Below are positions 37,425 through 47,441 of a stretch of 64,000 bases of DNA, piece by piece. Source of the stretch: Candidatus Komeilibacteria bacterium (GTDB lineage: Bacteria > Patescibacteriota > Patescibacteriia > UBA1558 > UBA10009); contig JAPLWM010000007.1 of the NCBI GenBank assembly GCA_026396575.1, positions 76,760 through 140,759 on the forward strand, in the 5' to 3' direction. Position 1 is the first letter of the stretch. Every line of letters begins with the position of its first letter. The position numbers and the translations under genes are program-made. The notes under the pieces were generated by a model that saw nothing but the letters and a program-made list of their open reading frames with translations, did no database searches and was not told the origin of the DNA.

Positions 37425-38461
37425 GCATTATTTTTAAAGAAATTACCGATCAGGCGGAGTGGGATGATTTTGTTTTTGCCAGGCAATTTTACAGTTTTTT
37501 ACAAAGTTTTAACTGGGCGCAGTTTCAGGAATTAAACGGCGCGGTGGTTTTTAAACTCGGCGGATATTTAAATGATAAATTAGTCGGCTTGGCTTTGGTT
37601 ATTAAAGTTTCGGCCAAGAGGGGAACCTTCCTGCTTTGCCCGCACGGCCCGCTGGTTGAAGACGATTATCAAACGGAGTTTTTCCGTGAGTTAACCGGTT
37701 ATTTGAAAATCTTAGCTAAAAAGGAGCAGGCGGATTTTATCCGTTTAAGCCCTGTTTTGGAAAATACCAAAGCCAATGCGAAAATGCTGGAAGGCATTGG
37801 TTATCGATTTGCGCCAATGCACGTTCATGCCGAAACCACTTGGCTCTTGAATTTAAGTCAGCCGGAAGATAAGTTAATGGCGGATTTACGGAAAACCACG
37901 CGTTATTTAATTAAGCGGGCCGAAAACGAAGGCGTAGAAATTACAGCCGACCAATCAAACGAAGCGATCGAACGATTTATAGCCACGCACCGCGCCCACG
38001 CCCAAAAAACGCATTATGAGCCGTTTTCCGCGGCTTATATCAGAAATTTGTTCAAGGTTTTTAAATCAAATGAAATCAGCTTGAAATTTGCCGTTTATCA
38101 GGGCCAGGCCGAGGCCGCTTCCATTATCGTTTATTTCGGTAAAACCGCGGTTTATTATCTGGCCGCCACCAATACTTTGCATCCGCAGTTTTCACCATCG
38201 TACTTATTGCAATGGCGTTCTATTTTAGAAGCCAAGCAGCGCGGCTGTGTTTTATATAATTTTTGGGGCGTTTCGCCGGATAACAATCCGCGCCACCCCA
38301 TTGCCGGAGTCAGCCGGTTTAAAATGGGCTTTAGCGGCTACAAGCTGGATTTACTGCATGCCTACGATTTGCCGATAACGGGCAAATATTGGTTGAATTG
38401 GCTGGTAGAAAGCGGACGCCGCATAGCGCGCCATTATTATTTTTTAAAACCGCTTGAATAA
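37412..38461 (+). CDS. FemAB-family peptidyltransferase (peptidoglycan interpeptide bridge formation)
   Basis: Length and motifs fit the FemX/FemAB GNAT-like duplicated fold. Located in a murF-ftsQ neighbourhood. Confidence 0.6.
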   Translation: MAGMSIIFKEITDQAEWDDFVFARQFYSFLQSFNWAQFQELNGAVVFKLGGYLNDKLVGLALVIKVSAKRGTFLLCPHGPLVEDDYQTEFFRELTGYLKILAKKEQADFIRLSPVLENTKANAKMLEGIGYRFAPMHVHAETTWLLNLSQPEDKLMADLRKTTRYLIKRAENEGVEITADQSNEAIERFIATHRAHAQKTHYEPFSAAYIRNLFKVFKSNEISLKFAVYQGQAEAASIIVYFGKTAVYYLAATNTLHPQFSPSYLLQWRSILEAKQRGCVLYNFWGVSPDNNPRHPIAGVSRFKMGFSGYKLDLLHAYDLPITGKYWLNWLVESGRRIARHYYFLKPLE

Positions 38462-38463
38462 AT

Positions 38464-39324
38464 ATGCTGCGTAAATTTTTCCATTCCGGTTATCAAAGAA
38501 GGCGGCATTTTCAGGCCGCGGCTTTGCCCAAGAGTAAAAGAACCCACGAATACGGCAGGGAAGAGGCTGCCGGTTTGCGTAAAAAAGTTTATCGGATTTT
38601 AAGCTGCCTGTTGGTTTTTTATTTAATTTATTTATTCGGTTGGTCTTCGGCTTTAAGGATTACCGCCCTTAATTTAAGCGGTTCGGCAGGGGAGACCCAG
38701 TCCGGGGATATAGAAAAAACCATTTGGCAGGCCATGAATCAGCGTCGCTGGCTGATCTTTCCCGGCAATAATTATTTTTTCGCCGATTTAAAAAATATTC
38801 AGCGCCAGTTTCAGCAAGCCAATATTTTAGCGGAACTTTCCTTAACCAAAAAATTTCCCCATACTTTAAACGTCGGCTTAGCCACGCGGCTGGGCAAATT
38901 AATCTGGGTCTCGGGCGGACAGTTTTATATTTTGGAATTGGACGGCAAAATTACCAGCCAATTGATGATTAAAGAGCTGGTTAATGTAAAAATGCCCGTG
39001 GTTTACGATTTAGCCGATACGCGCGTTGTTTTAGGACAGGATTTTGTTAATCCGCGCACAGTGGCCTTAATTGCCGATTTATACACCAATTTTGGCAAAT
39101 ATGACCTGCCGGACGCGGATTTGGACTATTTTAAGGTTGACGGCCCGCAGGCCAACTATGTTAAAATCGTGACCAAGCAGGGTTTTGAAATCCACGTTAA
39201 TTATTTGGACAGTTCGGCTGATCAGTTTGCCAAGCTGAAAAAATCATTATTAGCCGGCATCATTGATTTAACCAAGGTCAATTATATCAATTTAAGGGTA
39301 GCCGGCCAGGTTATTTATAAGTAA
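38464..39324 (+). CDS. FtsQ/DivIB-like cell division protein (weak call)
   Basis: Single N-terminal TM helix and a beta-rich extracytoplasmic domain, positioned after murF and femX. Confidence 0.35.
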   Translation: MLRKFFHSGYQRRRHFQAAALPKSKRTHEYGREEAAGLRKKVYRILSCLLVFYLIYLFGWSSALRITALNLSGSAGETQSGDIEKTIWQAMNQRRWLIFPGNNYFFADLKNIQRQFQQANILAELSLTKKFPHTLNVGLATRLGKLIWVSGGQFYILELDGKITSQLMIKELVNVKMPVVYDLADTRVVLGQDFVNPRTVALIADLYTNFGKYDLPDADLDYFKVDGPQANYVKIVTKQGFEIHVNYLDSSADQFAKLKKSLLAGIIDLTKVNYINLRVAGQVIYK

Positions 39325-39469
39325 GCCGGTGAAAGCCTGTATTTAAGTGTCGTCTAAGATATATTGTGCGACTCATCAAACTGGGTAAAATCCGGGGGTA
39401 AAAGGGTTAAAAACGTCAGTTAATGCCCTGCCCTGCCAAATTAAACCGTTAACTATTAATTTTAGATAG

Positions 39470-39604
39470 ATGGGCAAACAAATCGTTCTCCTGCTGCTGG
39501 CTCTGGTGATTCTTTTTGTTTTCATGCAGAATCATGCCAACGTTTGGCTGTACATTATTGTTTTGGTGGCTACCCTGGGTTTTTGGAATTTATTGGAGGA
39601 TTAG
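39470..39604 (+). CDS. Unannotated 44-aa hydrophobic peptide (MGKQIVLLLLALVILFVFMQNHANVWLYIIVLVATLGFWNLLED)
   Basis: Found by manual translation of the 365-bp gap between convergent genes. Leu is mostly encoded by CTG, unlike the host. No Shine-Dalgarno sequence. Confidence 0.3.
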   Translation: MGKQIVLLLLALVILFVFMQNHANVWLYIIVLVATLGFWNLLED

Positions 39605-39688
39605 CTCGTTGCATATCTTGGCTTAACAAAAAATAGGGCGCTCTCTTCCCTATTTTTATATTGAACGGATTTTAAGTGTCGCAAAATA

Positions 39689-40960
39689 TTATGGCAAGTA
39701 GCTCAGCGGATCAACCGGAATGCCGTTTAAGCGGACTTCAAAATGCAGATGCGGGCCGCTGGTTAAGGAACCGGAACCGACCGAGCCGGGCATGCCGCCG
39801 GAGAGCGCAATCACCTCTCCTTGCACCACGAAATCGTCTTCTTTAACGTAGGGCTTGGAAATATGGCCGTAAACCGTGGCTAGGCCGTCGCTGTGGACGA
39901 TTAAAATATAAGCGTAGCTTTTGCTGCCGTCGAATTTTACCGTGGCCACGTAACCGCTTCTGGCTGCCCTAATGGGCGTGCCTTGCGGGGTGCGGCCGAT
40001 ATCAATAGCCGGGTGTTCAAAAATATAGCGGTAGGGATAATCCGGATCATGGAAATAAGCGCTGACTACCCGGGAAGCCACCGGCCAGATAAAATCCTTG
40101 TCGTTAGGTAAAATGCCGTTGGTTTGTTTTAAATGCTCCCTGGCTTTAATTTCCAGGCTTTGGATGTCGGAATTGATTTGCGCCTGTTCGGCTTTAACCT
40201 CGGCCAAAAGTTTTTGGAACTGGGCTTCCTGCCCTTTAGTATTGGCCAGCAGCTGATTTTTGGCGTTTTTATCCATTTCCAATCGCTCTTTTTTGCCCAG
40301 CAACTGTTCGTGCAGATCGCTTAATTGGGTTTTTCTTTGGGCCAAACTGTCTTTTTGGCTATTGAGCTGGGTTTTTAAATCGTTTAAGGTTGTTAATTTT
40401 TCACTCAAGCCCTGCTCCAAAACCTGCAGTTCGTTGACTTCCTTGAAAAAGCCGCCCAAGTTGCCCTGCAAGACCACGATTTCCAAATAGCTTTTTTTGC
40501 GCTCCTGCAAATAGATAGTCCTGATTACGTCGCCCATTTGGCCTTTTTGCCCGGCGATTTCCTTTTCTTTAAGGTTGATTTCCAGGCCCAAGTCGGCGAT
40601 TTCCAAATCGGTCTTTTTTATCTCCAAATCCAGGGTTTGCGCTTCCACCCCCACTTTTTGAACGTTGCTGTCCAGCAAATCCATTTGGTTTTTTAAATTG
40701 CTGATTTCCTGGCGCTTGATGCTGATGCTGGCTTCGTAGGCCTGATGCTGTTTTTCCAGTTCCGTCATTTGGTCCTGGTATTTTTGGATTTCGTCTTTTA
40801 ATTTTTGGATTTCCGGATCGGCGCTGTCGCTGATGGCGCTGTCAGCGGTGCCAGCAGCCGGTGCCACGGTTTGGCTGAAGGAATTTTGGGGCAATAAAAA
40901 ATTGGCCGAAATAAACAACGCCAAAACAATAATCGCCGATTTTCGTTTTTTTATTTTCAT
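39689..40960 (-). CDS. M23 peptidase with a long N-terminal coiled coil (EnvC-like murein hydrolase activator)
   Basis: The C-terminus has HSDGLATVYGHISKP...GPHLHFEVRLNG. The start ATG at 40960 overlaps the gltX stop (ATGA). Confidence 0.8.
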   Translation of the reverse strand: MKIKKRKSAIIVLALFISANFLLPQNSFSQTVAPAAGTADSAISDSADPEIQKLKDEIQKYQDQMTELEKQHQAYEASISIKRQEISNLKNQMDLLDSNVQKVGVEAQTLDLEIKKTDLEIADLGLEINLKEKEIAGQKGQMGDVIRTIYLQERKKSYLEIVVLQGNLGGFFKEVNELQVLEQGLSEKLTTLNDLKTQLNSQKDSLAQRKTQLSDLHEQLLGKKERLEMDKNAKNQLLANTKGQEAQFQKLLAEVKAEQAQINSDIQSLEIKAREHLKQTNGILPNDKDFIWPVASRVVSAYFHDPDYPYRYIFEHPAIDIGRTPQGTPIRAARSGYVATVKFDGSKSYAYILIVHSDGLATVYGHISKPYVKEDDFVVQGEVIALSGGMPGSVGSGSLTSGPHLHFEVRLNGIPVDPLSYLP

Positions 40961-42408
40961 TTTAATTTTAATTTTTCTATGGCGTTTTGAATTCTTTTTA
41001 AACTTTTTTCTTTTCCTAAAACCCACATAATTTCTTCCGGGGCCGGGCTTTTTTCCAAGCCGGAAACAGCTACCCGAACCGGCCAGAAAACATCGCCGTT
41101 GGTTAAGTTGTTATCCCCCACTGCCTTAGCCAGAGCCTGGCTCATTTTTTCTTTTTGCCAATCGTTTTCTTTTTGCAAAATTTCCAACGCCAGTTCTAAA
41201 CCCTTAACAGTTGTTTCTTTATTTGATTTTTTAAAAATTAGGATTTTAGGATTGTAAGCAGGCAGTTCCAGAAACATTTTAACCTTTTCCCCTATTTCCG
41301 AAAGATTATTCAAACGCTCTTTTTCAACTTTTAAAATTTTCAATAAAAGGCCCTGCTCAACATTATTAGGCAGGAATTCCCTGCACTTATTAAGCAGTTC
41401 TTTTTCCGATAATTGCTTAATATAATAAGCATTGAACCAATTCAGTTTTTCAATGTCAAAAATGGCGCCGGCTTTTTGAGTTTTATTTAAATCAAAAGCC
41501 TTAACCAATTCTGGCAAAGAGAAAATTTCTTTATTATCGCTTGGATGCCAGCCCAGCAAAGCCACGTAGTTTATTATGGCTTGGGGCAAATAGCCCTTGG
41601 CCAAATAATCTTCAACCGCCACATCGCCTTGGCGCTTGGATAATTTTGATTTGTCGGCATTCAATAATAACGGCAAATGGGAAAATTGAGGCAATGGCCA
41701 GCCAAAGGCCTCATACAATAAAATATGCTTGGGCGTTGAAGGCAGCCACTCCTCTCCCCTGATCACGTGGGTAATGCCCATTAAATGATCGTCTACCACG
41801 TTGGCCAAATGATACGTGGGAAAGCCGTCGGATTTTATTAAAACCTGATCATCGATTTCCGCGGTCTTGAATTTTATTTCCCCGCGGATTAAATCGTTAA
41901 ACACCACTTCTTTATTCTCCGGCACTTTCAATCTGATAACAAAATTTTCATTGGCTTTGGATTTTAGATTTTTCTCCCGGCAACAGCCGTCGTATCTTGG
42001 CGCTTCTTTGCGCGCTTCCTGCTCCTGCTTTAATTTTTCCAAGCGTTCGGGCGAACAGGTGCAATAATAGGCCTGGCCTGCCAAAACCAGTTTTTGGGCA
42101 TGGTTTTGGTAGATTTTAAGCCGTTTTGACTGAAAATACGGCCCGTTTTGGCCCTTATCCGCGATTTTGGCTATAAAGCCCTGTTTAGGGCCTTCGTCCC
42201 AGTTTAAGCCCATTTTTTGCAAGGTTGCCATTAGGGCTTCCGCGGCGCCTTTAACCTCTCTTTTTTGGTCGGTATCTTCAATGCGCAAAACAAACCGGCC
42301 TTTATTTTGTTTGGCATAAAGGTAATTGTACAGGGCGGTTCTTAAGCCGCCGATATGCAAATATCCTGTCGGTGATGGCGCAAAACGGGTTTTAATTTTT
42401 TGGTTCAT
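40957..42408 (-). CDS. gltX: Glutamyl-tRNA synthetase
   Basis: FAPSPTGYLHIGGLRTALYNY (HIGH region) and KLSKR (KMSKS). Confidence 0.9.
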   Translation of the reverse strand: MNQKIKTRFAPSPTGYLHIGGLRTALYNYLYAKQNKGRFVLRIEDTDQKREVKGAAEALMATLQKMGLNWDEGPKQGFIAKIADKGQNGPYFQSKRLKIYQNHAQKLVLAGQAYYCTCSPERLEKLKQEQEARKEAPRYDGCCREKNLKSKANENFVIRLKVPENKEVVFNDLIRGEIKFKTAEIDDQVLIKSDGFPTYHLANVVDDHLMGITHVIRGEEWLPSTPKHILLYEAFGWPLPQFSHLPLLLNADKSKLSKRQGDVAVEDYLAKGYLPQAIINYVALLGWHPSDNKEIFSLPELVKAFDLNKTQKAGAIFDIEKLNWFNAYYIKQLSEKELLNKCREFLPNNVEQGLLLKILKVEKERLNNLSEIGEKVKMFLELPAYNPKILIFKKSNKETTVKGLELALEILQKENDWQKEKMSQALAKAVGDNNLTNGDVFWPVRVAVSGLEKSPAPEEIMWVLGKEKSLKRIQNAIEKLKLK

Positions 42409-43234
42409 GTTTATATTTTACCGTATAATAAATAAATTTAACAGTTGCATTTAAAATCCTAATAAACCGCCAGGGCTGGTTAAATAAGCGCCAGAGCCAT
42501 TCCAGGTTTAAATCCCTAAAAATTAGAGGAGCTCTCCTTACTTTACTGGAAATAAAGTCAAAGGCGCCGCCAACGCCCATAGCCAATTTAACGCTACTTA
42601 GTTGAAGTAGGATTTGCTGGATAAAAAAGTCCTGTTTAGGTGCGCCAAAGGCCACGAATAATATATCCGGTTGAACTTGATTGATTTTATCGGTTTGCAG
42701 TTTAAAGTCGGAACTTTGCTTGGCAGATTTAAGTTTAAAGCTGGGGCCGGAATCATAGCCGACGATTTGCAAATCAGGATATTTATTTTTTAAAATTTCG
42801 GCGGTTTCTTCGGCAATCCCCTCTGCCGCGCCCAGTAAGTATATTTTTAAATTGTTTTTTATCGCTAGTTCACAGATTTTTTCCATTAAATCCACGCCGG
42901 TAATCCGTTCCGGCAAAACCTCGCGGCAGTATTCGGGGTGGATCATTAAGCTGAACAGGCTGGCCACCGCCTGGGCAATGGAAACAATAATTGAATCGCT
43001 GGGTAAGGATAAAAACTTAGCAGCCCAAAGCAAGCCAATGCCGTCGGGCACTACCAAAGAAGCGTTGTTGATTAAATTTTTGTATTCTCGGTTTTTAGAA
43101 GCTTCCAAAATAATTTCCGGATTGGCGGTAATAATCTGCAGTGGTGTTTTGGCCAAAATAAAAGATTCAACTTTTTCCAAAACTTGATTTTGGGTTAGCG
43201 TGTCGATTTTTATGCCAAGAATGTCGGTTTTCAT
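42392..43234 (-). CDS. WecB/TagA/CpsF-family glycosyltransferase (GT26)
   Basis: ASLVVPDGIGLLWAAKFL and FVAFGAPKQDFFI. Confidence 0.75.
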   Translation of the reverse strand: MKTDILGIKIDTLTQNQVLEKVESFILAKTPLQIITANPEIILEASKNREYKNLINNASLVVPDGIGLLWAAKFLSLPSDSIIVSIAQAVASLFSLMIHPEYCREVLPERITGVDLMEKICELAIKNNLKIYLLGAAEGIAEETAEILKNKYPDLQIVGYDSGPSFKLKSAKQSSDFKLQTDKINQVQPDILFVAFGAPKQDFFIQQILLQLSSVKLAMGVGGAFDFISSKVRRAPLIFRDLNLEWLWRLFNQPWRFIRILNATVKFIYYTVKYKHEPKN

Positions 43235-43779
43235 TTTAATTTGAATTCTTCCAAAATTTTATAACTGGGACCGGCGGGCATTAATTTGCTTTCAAATAAT
43301 TGAATGGCGGCTGCCATAAACGATTCTTCAAATGTTAATTTGAAGATTTTTTCTTTTTCCCTGGCCGTTAAATCATCCTTTACCCTGCCTAAGGTAATGT
43401 GGGGCGTGTATTTTCTTTCTTCCACCGGAATAAAATCAAGCCCGATCCAGCCCCGGGAAATTTTTTTAACCAAGCCCTCCAAGTTGGAACTGATTACCTT
43501 TAAAGCCAAAACGCGGGGCTGTTCCAAATTGGGGAAAACCAAACTATCTTTTATTTGCACCGTAAAGCTTTTAAAATCAACGATATTCTGCCTAAGGTTT
43601 TGGCTAACTTTGGCAATTTGCTCGTCGGTTAAATCGTCCAAAAATTTGATGGCAATATGGGCATTTTCTTGCTCTACCAATTTTAGCGGCAATTTATTCA
43701 GTTTATTGGATAACTTAAAATCCTCTATTTTGGCTTTTAAGTTGTCGGGCAAATCAATGCCTAAAAAAACTCGCGGCAT
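43231..43779 (-). CDS. thpR: RNA 2',3'-cyclic phosphodiesterase (2H family, LigT/ThpR)
   Basis: Two H-x-T/S-x motifs (HIAIKF and HITLGRV) at a 2H-family spacing. Confidence 0.7.
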   Translation of the reverse strand: MPRVFLGIDLPDNLKAKIEDFKLSNKLNKLPLKLVEQENAHIAIKFLDDLTDEQIAKVSQNLRQNIVDFKSFTVQIKDSLVFPNLEQPRVLALKVISSNLEGLVKKISRGWIGLDFIPVEERKYTPHITLGRVKDDLTAREKEKIFKLTFEESFMAAAIQLFESKLMPAGPSYKILEEFKLK

Positions 43780-43781
43780 AA

Positions 43782-44240
43782 TTAATGTTTGGCGGCGGTT
43801 TTGGCCAGTTCGTTAATTTCTTCAGCCGTCAGGCCAACGTCGCGGTAAGTTAAATTGCCTTTTTCCAGGCAATGCTCCAGTTTTTCAATTTCCATTTTAC
43901 AGCCGGGCCGGCCATGAAGTTTTTGGGCGTAACGCCAATGGAATAACGCTTGTTCTTTGGCTATTTCCGCTATCGGTATAAGCAGGTCTTCATCAACTAG
44001 CTCGTGATTTTTTAAATGCGTAAGTAATAGCAAAAAAGTGGAAAAAGCGCTATTGCTGTCGCCATCATCAATACTTTTTTGCAAGCGCGGCAGATATTCG
44101 TTATTGATTTTTTCTATAGCTTGCAATTTATCCGATTCAGCCGAGCCGCTTCTTTGCTCAAAGGTCATATTAAATGAGTTAATTATTATGATTATTTTAC
44201 CATTTTCCATAGAATTTTTCAATATTAGGGTAATAAACAA
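43782..44240 (-). CDS. Hypothetical protein
   Basis: ORF only. The true start may be an internal Met. Confidence 0.3.
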   Translation of the reverse strand: MFITLILKNSMENGKIIIIINSFNMTFEQRSGSAESDKLQAIEKINNEYLPRLQKSIDDGDSNSAFSTFLLLLTHLKNHELVDEDLLIPIAEIAKEQALFHWRYAQKLHGRPGCKMEIEKLEHCLEKGNLTYRDVGLTAEEINELAKTAAKH

Positions 44241-44280
44241 AGTAATTGAAAAAGTTTCTAAAAAATGCTAGAATAAACCC

Positions 44281-45819
44281 ATGAATTTGAAAAAAAATAT
44301 AATCATTTTGGCGCTATTTTCCTTATTTATCAATCCCGAGGCGATTTTGGCGCAAGGGTTGGTGTCTTTTTACGAAACCAATGATAAATTCAACCCCAAT
44401 TACCTGATTTCGGATATTGATTTAACCGATTACAACGCTTTAACCTTGGAGCAGATCAAACAGTTTGTTATTGCCAAAGGCGGCACTTTAGCCATTTATA
44501 TTGATCCGGCGGCCAATCTGCCGGCTTATTGGATAATTTGGCAAACGTCGCAGGAGTTTAAAATCAATCCCAAGTTTATTTTGGCCATGCTGCAAAAAGA
44601 GCAGGGCCTGGTAACCGATCCTGCTCCCACGCCGAACCAGTACGATTGGGCGGTCGGCTACAGCTGTTACGGCGGCCTTTGTCTGGAAATTTATCGCGGC
44701 TTTGCCAAACAGGTCAGGGCCATGGCCGATAAATTCATCAACGGTTATCTGGCCGATTTGAACGCTTTGGGCAAATACAAGGATAATTATTTCTGCACTT
44801 TTACCAAGTGGTGCGTTAACGATTTAAAAATCAGCCAGGATGCCCAAACCATAGTGCCGCAAAACAAAGCCACCGCCGCCTTATACACTTATAACCCTTA
44901 TCGCGGCGGCACGCTGACGGATAACGGCAAAGTGGGCGCCAATTATAATTTTTGGAAAATCTGGAACAGCTGGTTCGCGGCCCTGGTTTTGCGGCCCAGC
45001 GGCAGCTTGTTGAAAGCCGCGGGCGACGCCAAAGTTTATCTGATTGCCGGCGATACCAAACGGCCTTTTGCCAATTTCAGCGCTTTTATCACCCGCTATA
45101 ATCCGGCCGATATTTTAACCGTGGCTCAAGCCGAACTTGACCAGTATCAAGCGGGGCGCGAAATAAAATTCGCCCAATATTCCCTGCTTAAAGACGAAGC
45201 CGGTTCCGTTTTTTTAGCGGTTGACGACAGTTTAAGAAAAATCGATTCTCCAGAAGTTTTCCGCACTTTGGGTTTTAATCCGGAAGAAGTTGGCCAGGTT
45301 ACCGGCGCGGATTTGGCCGGTATATCTTTTGGTCCGGTTATTACTTTAGCCGCCAGCTATCCGACCGGCGCTTTAATCCAGGATGCTTCAAATGGCGGCG
45401 TTTATTACGTGCAAAGCGGCATAAAATATCCGATTTTTGCCAAGGAAATTATCAAGGTAAATTATCCGGGCCGGAAGATTATTTCCGTTCATCCCAAAGA
45501 ATTGGACAAATATCCCAAAGGCGACGCTATTTTGTTTAAGGACGGCACTTTGGTTAAAGCCAAAGATAATCCCCAGGTTTACGTAGTGGCAGCGCGCAAA
45601 AAATTGCCGATTGCCGACGAGGCCTCTTTTATTTCCCGCGGCTATGATTGGTCTAAAATCGTGGAAACTTCGGCAGCCGCTGTGGAAATTCTGCCCACCG
45701 GCGAAACTTTGCAGGTTTTGGACCTGTCTTTGTTAAAAATTAACATCCCCACTTCCACGCCCATCTTTATGCCAACTTATACGCCCACTTCAACCGCCAC
45801 TTCTACTCCGATTAATTAG
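44281..45819 (+). CDS. Secreted hypothetical protein with a Thr/Pro-rich C-terminal tail
   Basis: Signal peptide. The C-terminus is PTSTPIFMPTYTPTSTATSTPIN. Confidence 0.45.
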   Translation: MNLKKNIIILALFSLFINPEAILAQGLVSFYETNDKFNPNYLISDIDLTDYNALTLEQIKQFVIAKGGTLAIYIDPAANLPAYWIIWQTSQEFKINPKFILAMLQKEQGLVTDPAPTPNQYDWAVGYSCYGGLCLEIYRGFAKQVRAMADKFINGYLADLNALGKYKDNYFCTFTKWCVNDLKISQDAQTIVPQNKATAALYTYNPYRGGTLTDNGKVGANYNFWKIWNSWFAALVLRPSGSLLKAAGDAKVYLIAGDTKRPFANFSAFITRYNPADILTVAQAELDQYQAGREIKFAQYSLLKDEAGSVFLAVDDSLRKIDSPEVFRTLGFNPEEVGQVTGADLAGISFGPVITLAASYPTGALIQDASNGGVYYVQSGIKYPIFAKEIIKVNYPGRKIISVHPKELDKYPKGDAILFKDGTLVKAKDNPQVYVVAARKKLPIADEASFISRGYDWSKIVETSAAAVEILPTGETLQVLDLSLLKINIPTSTPIFMPTYTPTSTATSTPIN

Positions 45820-45838
45820 AAATTTAAAATTAAGTTAT

Positions 45839-46630
45839 ATGCCCATTGTTTTCGCGGCGCTTTGCCCCCATCCCCCGCTGTTAATCCCGGCTATCGGCAA
45901 AGAAAATTTGGCCAAATTGCAAAAAACCCGCATAGCCATGGAAAAATTGGAAGAAGATTTTTATCACTCCAAGCCGGAAACGGTTATTGTTATTTCGCCG
46001 CACGGCGATTTAATGGCCAAAGCTTTTACCATTAACCACGCACCGGTTTTAAAAGCCGACTTTGCCGATTTCGGCGATTTGGCCACCACTTTGGAATTTA
46101 AAAACGATTTGGGCTTGAGCTACCGAATTCGGGAAAAAACGGAAACCAAACTTCCCTTGATTTTAACCACCAGCGCCAAGCTGGACCACGGCTCGAGCGT
46201 GCCTTTGTATTATTTAACCCAGCATCTTAAAGATTTAAAAGTTATTCCGCTGGGCTATTCGCTGCTGTCGCGGGCCGTCCATTTTTCTTTGGGCGCTTAT
46301 ATCCGTTCGGTTTTAAACCAAACCAACAAAAGAGTGGCTATTATCGCTTCCGGAGATTTGTCGCACCGCTTAACGGTTGATTCGCCGGCCGGCTATTCCT
46401 CGGCCGGGCAGGAATTTGATCAGAAATTAATCGGCTTGCTGGCCGATAAAAAAATCAAGGAGATTCTTAAAATTAAAAAACCCTTGATCAAAGAAGCCGG
46501 CGAATGCGGCTACCGATCGCTCTTGATTTTATTGGGCGCCTTGGCGGAAATTAATTTTAAAACCGAGATTTTAAGCTATGAAGGCCCGTTCGGCGTAGGC
46601 TATTTGGTGGCCAATTTTACGATTCGCTGA
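45839..46630 (+). CDS. LigB-family (class III extradiol dioxygenase / Memo-like) protein
   Basis: CPHPPLL, VIVISPHGD, DHGSSVPL and ASGDLSHRL resemble LigB/DODA metal-binding motifs. Confidence 0.45.
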   Translation: MPIVFAALCPHPPLLIPAIGKENLAKLQKTRIAMEKLEEDFYHSKPETVIVISPHGDLMAKAFTINHAPVLKADFADFGDLATTLEFKNDLGLSYRIREKTETKLPLILTTSAKLDHGSSVPLYYLTQHLKDLKVIPLGYSLLSRAVHFSLGAYIRSVLNQTNKRVAIIASGDLSHRLTVDSPAGYSSAGQEFDQKLIGLLADKKIKEILKIKKPLIKEAGECGYRSLLILLGALAEINFKTEILSYEGPFGVGYLVANFTIR

Positions 46631-46898
46631 TCTTTTTATACTGGTCGATCAGCTTAAAAAAATAGCGCCATTTTTCTCCGCTTTTGCAAAGTTCCTGGGT
46701 ATCCGAGAAGCAGCCCAAAATATAACTTTGAGGCAAATCGCGGCAAACTTTAAAAATCGCGCTTTTTTTGTAAGGCGGAATGGCCAATTGCTTAATAATC
46801 CGCAAGGCCATATCCTGCCAGGGATAGACAGGCGGCTTTGGGCCGGCTTGGCGGCGATTATTGAAGATTTCCTTAATGTTTTTAAAGCCCTCGCTCAT
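46617..46898 (-). CDS. Hypothetical small protein
   Basis: ORF only. Confidence 0.3.
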   Translation of the reverse strand: MSEGFKNIKEIFNNRRQAGPKPPVYPWQDMALRIIKQLAIPPYKKSAIFKVCRDLPQSYILGCFSDTQELCKSGEKWRYFFKLIDQYKKISES

Positions 46899-46940
46899 AA
46901 AATTTTGTAGATTTCGTATTTTATAGTAGAATTATAGCAT

Positions 46941-47441
46941 ATGTTAGAAATTATTAAATATCCCCGCTTAATCTTAAGAACCAAGGTGAAAAAGGTTAAA
47001 AATATCCTTAATGCCGAGGTTCAAAAATTCATCGGAGAATTAATAAAAACCATGGTGGCAGCCGACGGTTTGGGTTTGGCGGCCAATCAGGTTGATAAAA
47101 ATTTAAGAATGCTGGCGATTAACCATAAAGACGGGCCTAAGGTTTTTATTAATCCGGTTATTTATTGGAAATCATGGAAAAAAAACGAAGCCGAGGAGGG
47201 CTGCCTTTCTTTTCCCGGAGTTTACGGTTTGGTTTGGCGCAGCAAAAAAATACGGCTGTTTTACCGCGACGGCCAAAATCGTTTACGGCATCTGGCTGCC
47301 GATGAATTATTAGCCCGGGTGCTGCAGCACGAAACCGACCATTTAAACGGCGTTTTATTTATTGATAAAGCAACCAAGTATACTCGCGGCGAAAACCAAG
47401 TTAAAGATTGGCAAAATCAGGCAACCAATGAAAACATATAA
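46941..47441 (+). CDS. def: Peptide deformylase
   Basis: EGCLSFPG and QHETDHLNG motifs. Confidence 0.9.
   Translation: MLEIIKYPRLILRTKVKKVKNILNAEVQKFIGELIKTMVAADGLGLAANQVDKNLRMLAINHKDGPKVFINPVIYWKSWKKNEAEEGCLSFPGVYGLVWRSKKIRLFYRDGQNRLRHLAADELLARVLQHETDHLNGVLFIDKATKYTRGENQVKDWQNQATNENI

Noticed and set aside
39692-39780. tRNA-like gtagctcagcgg string
   Set aside because: It lies inside the M23 peptidase CDS and encodes GIPVDPLSYLP. No cloverleaf can be completed.
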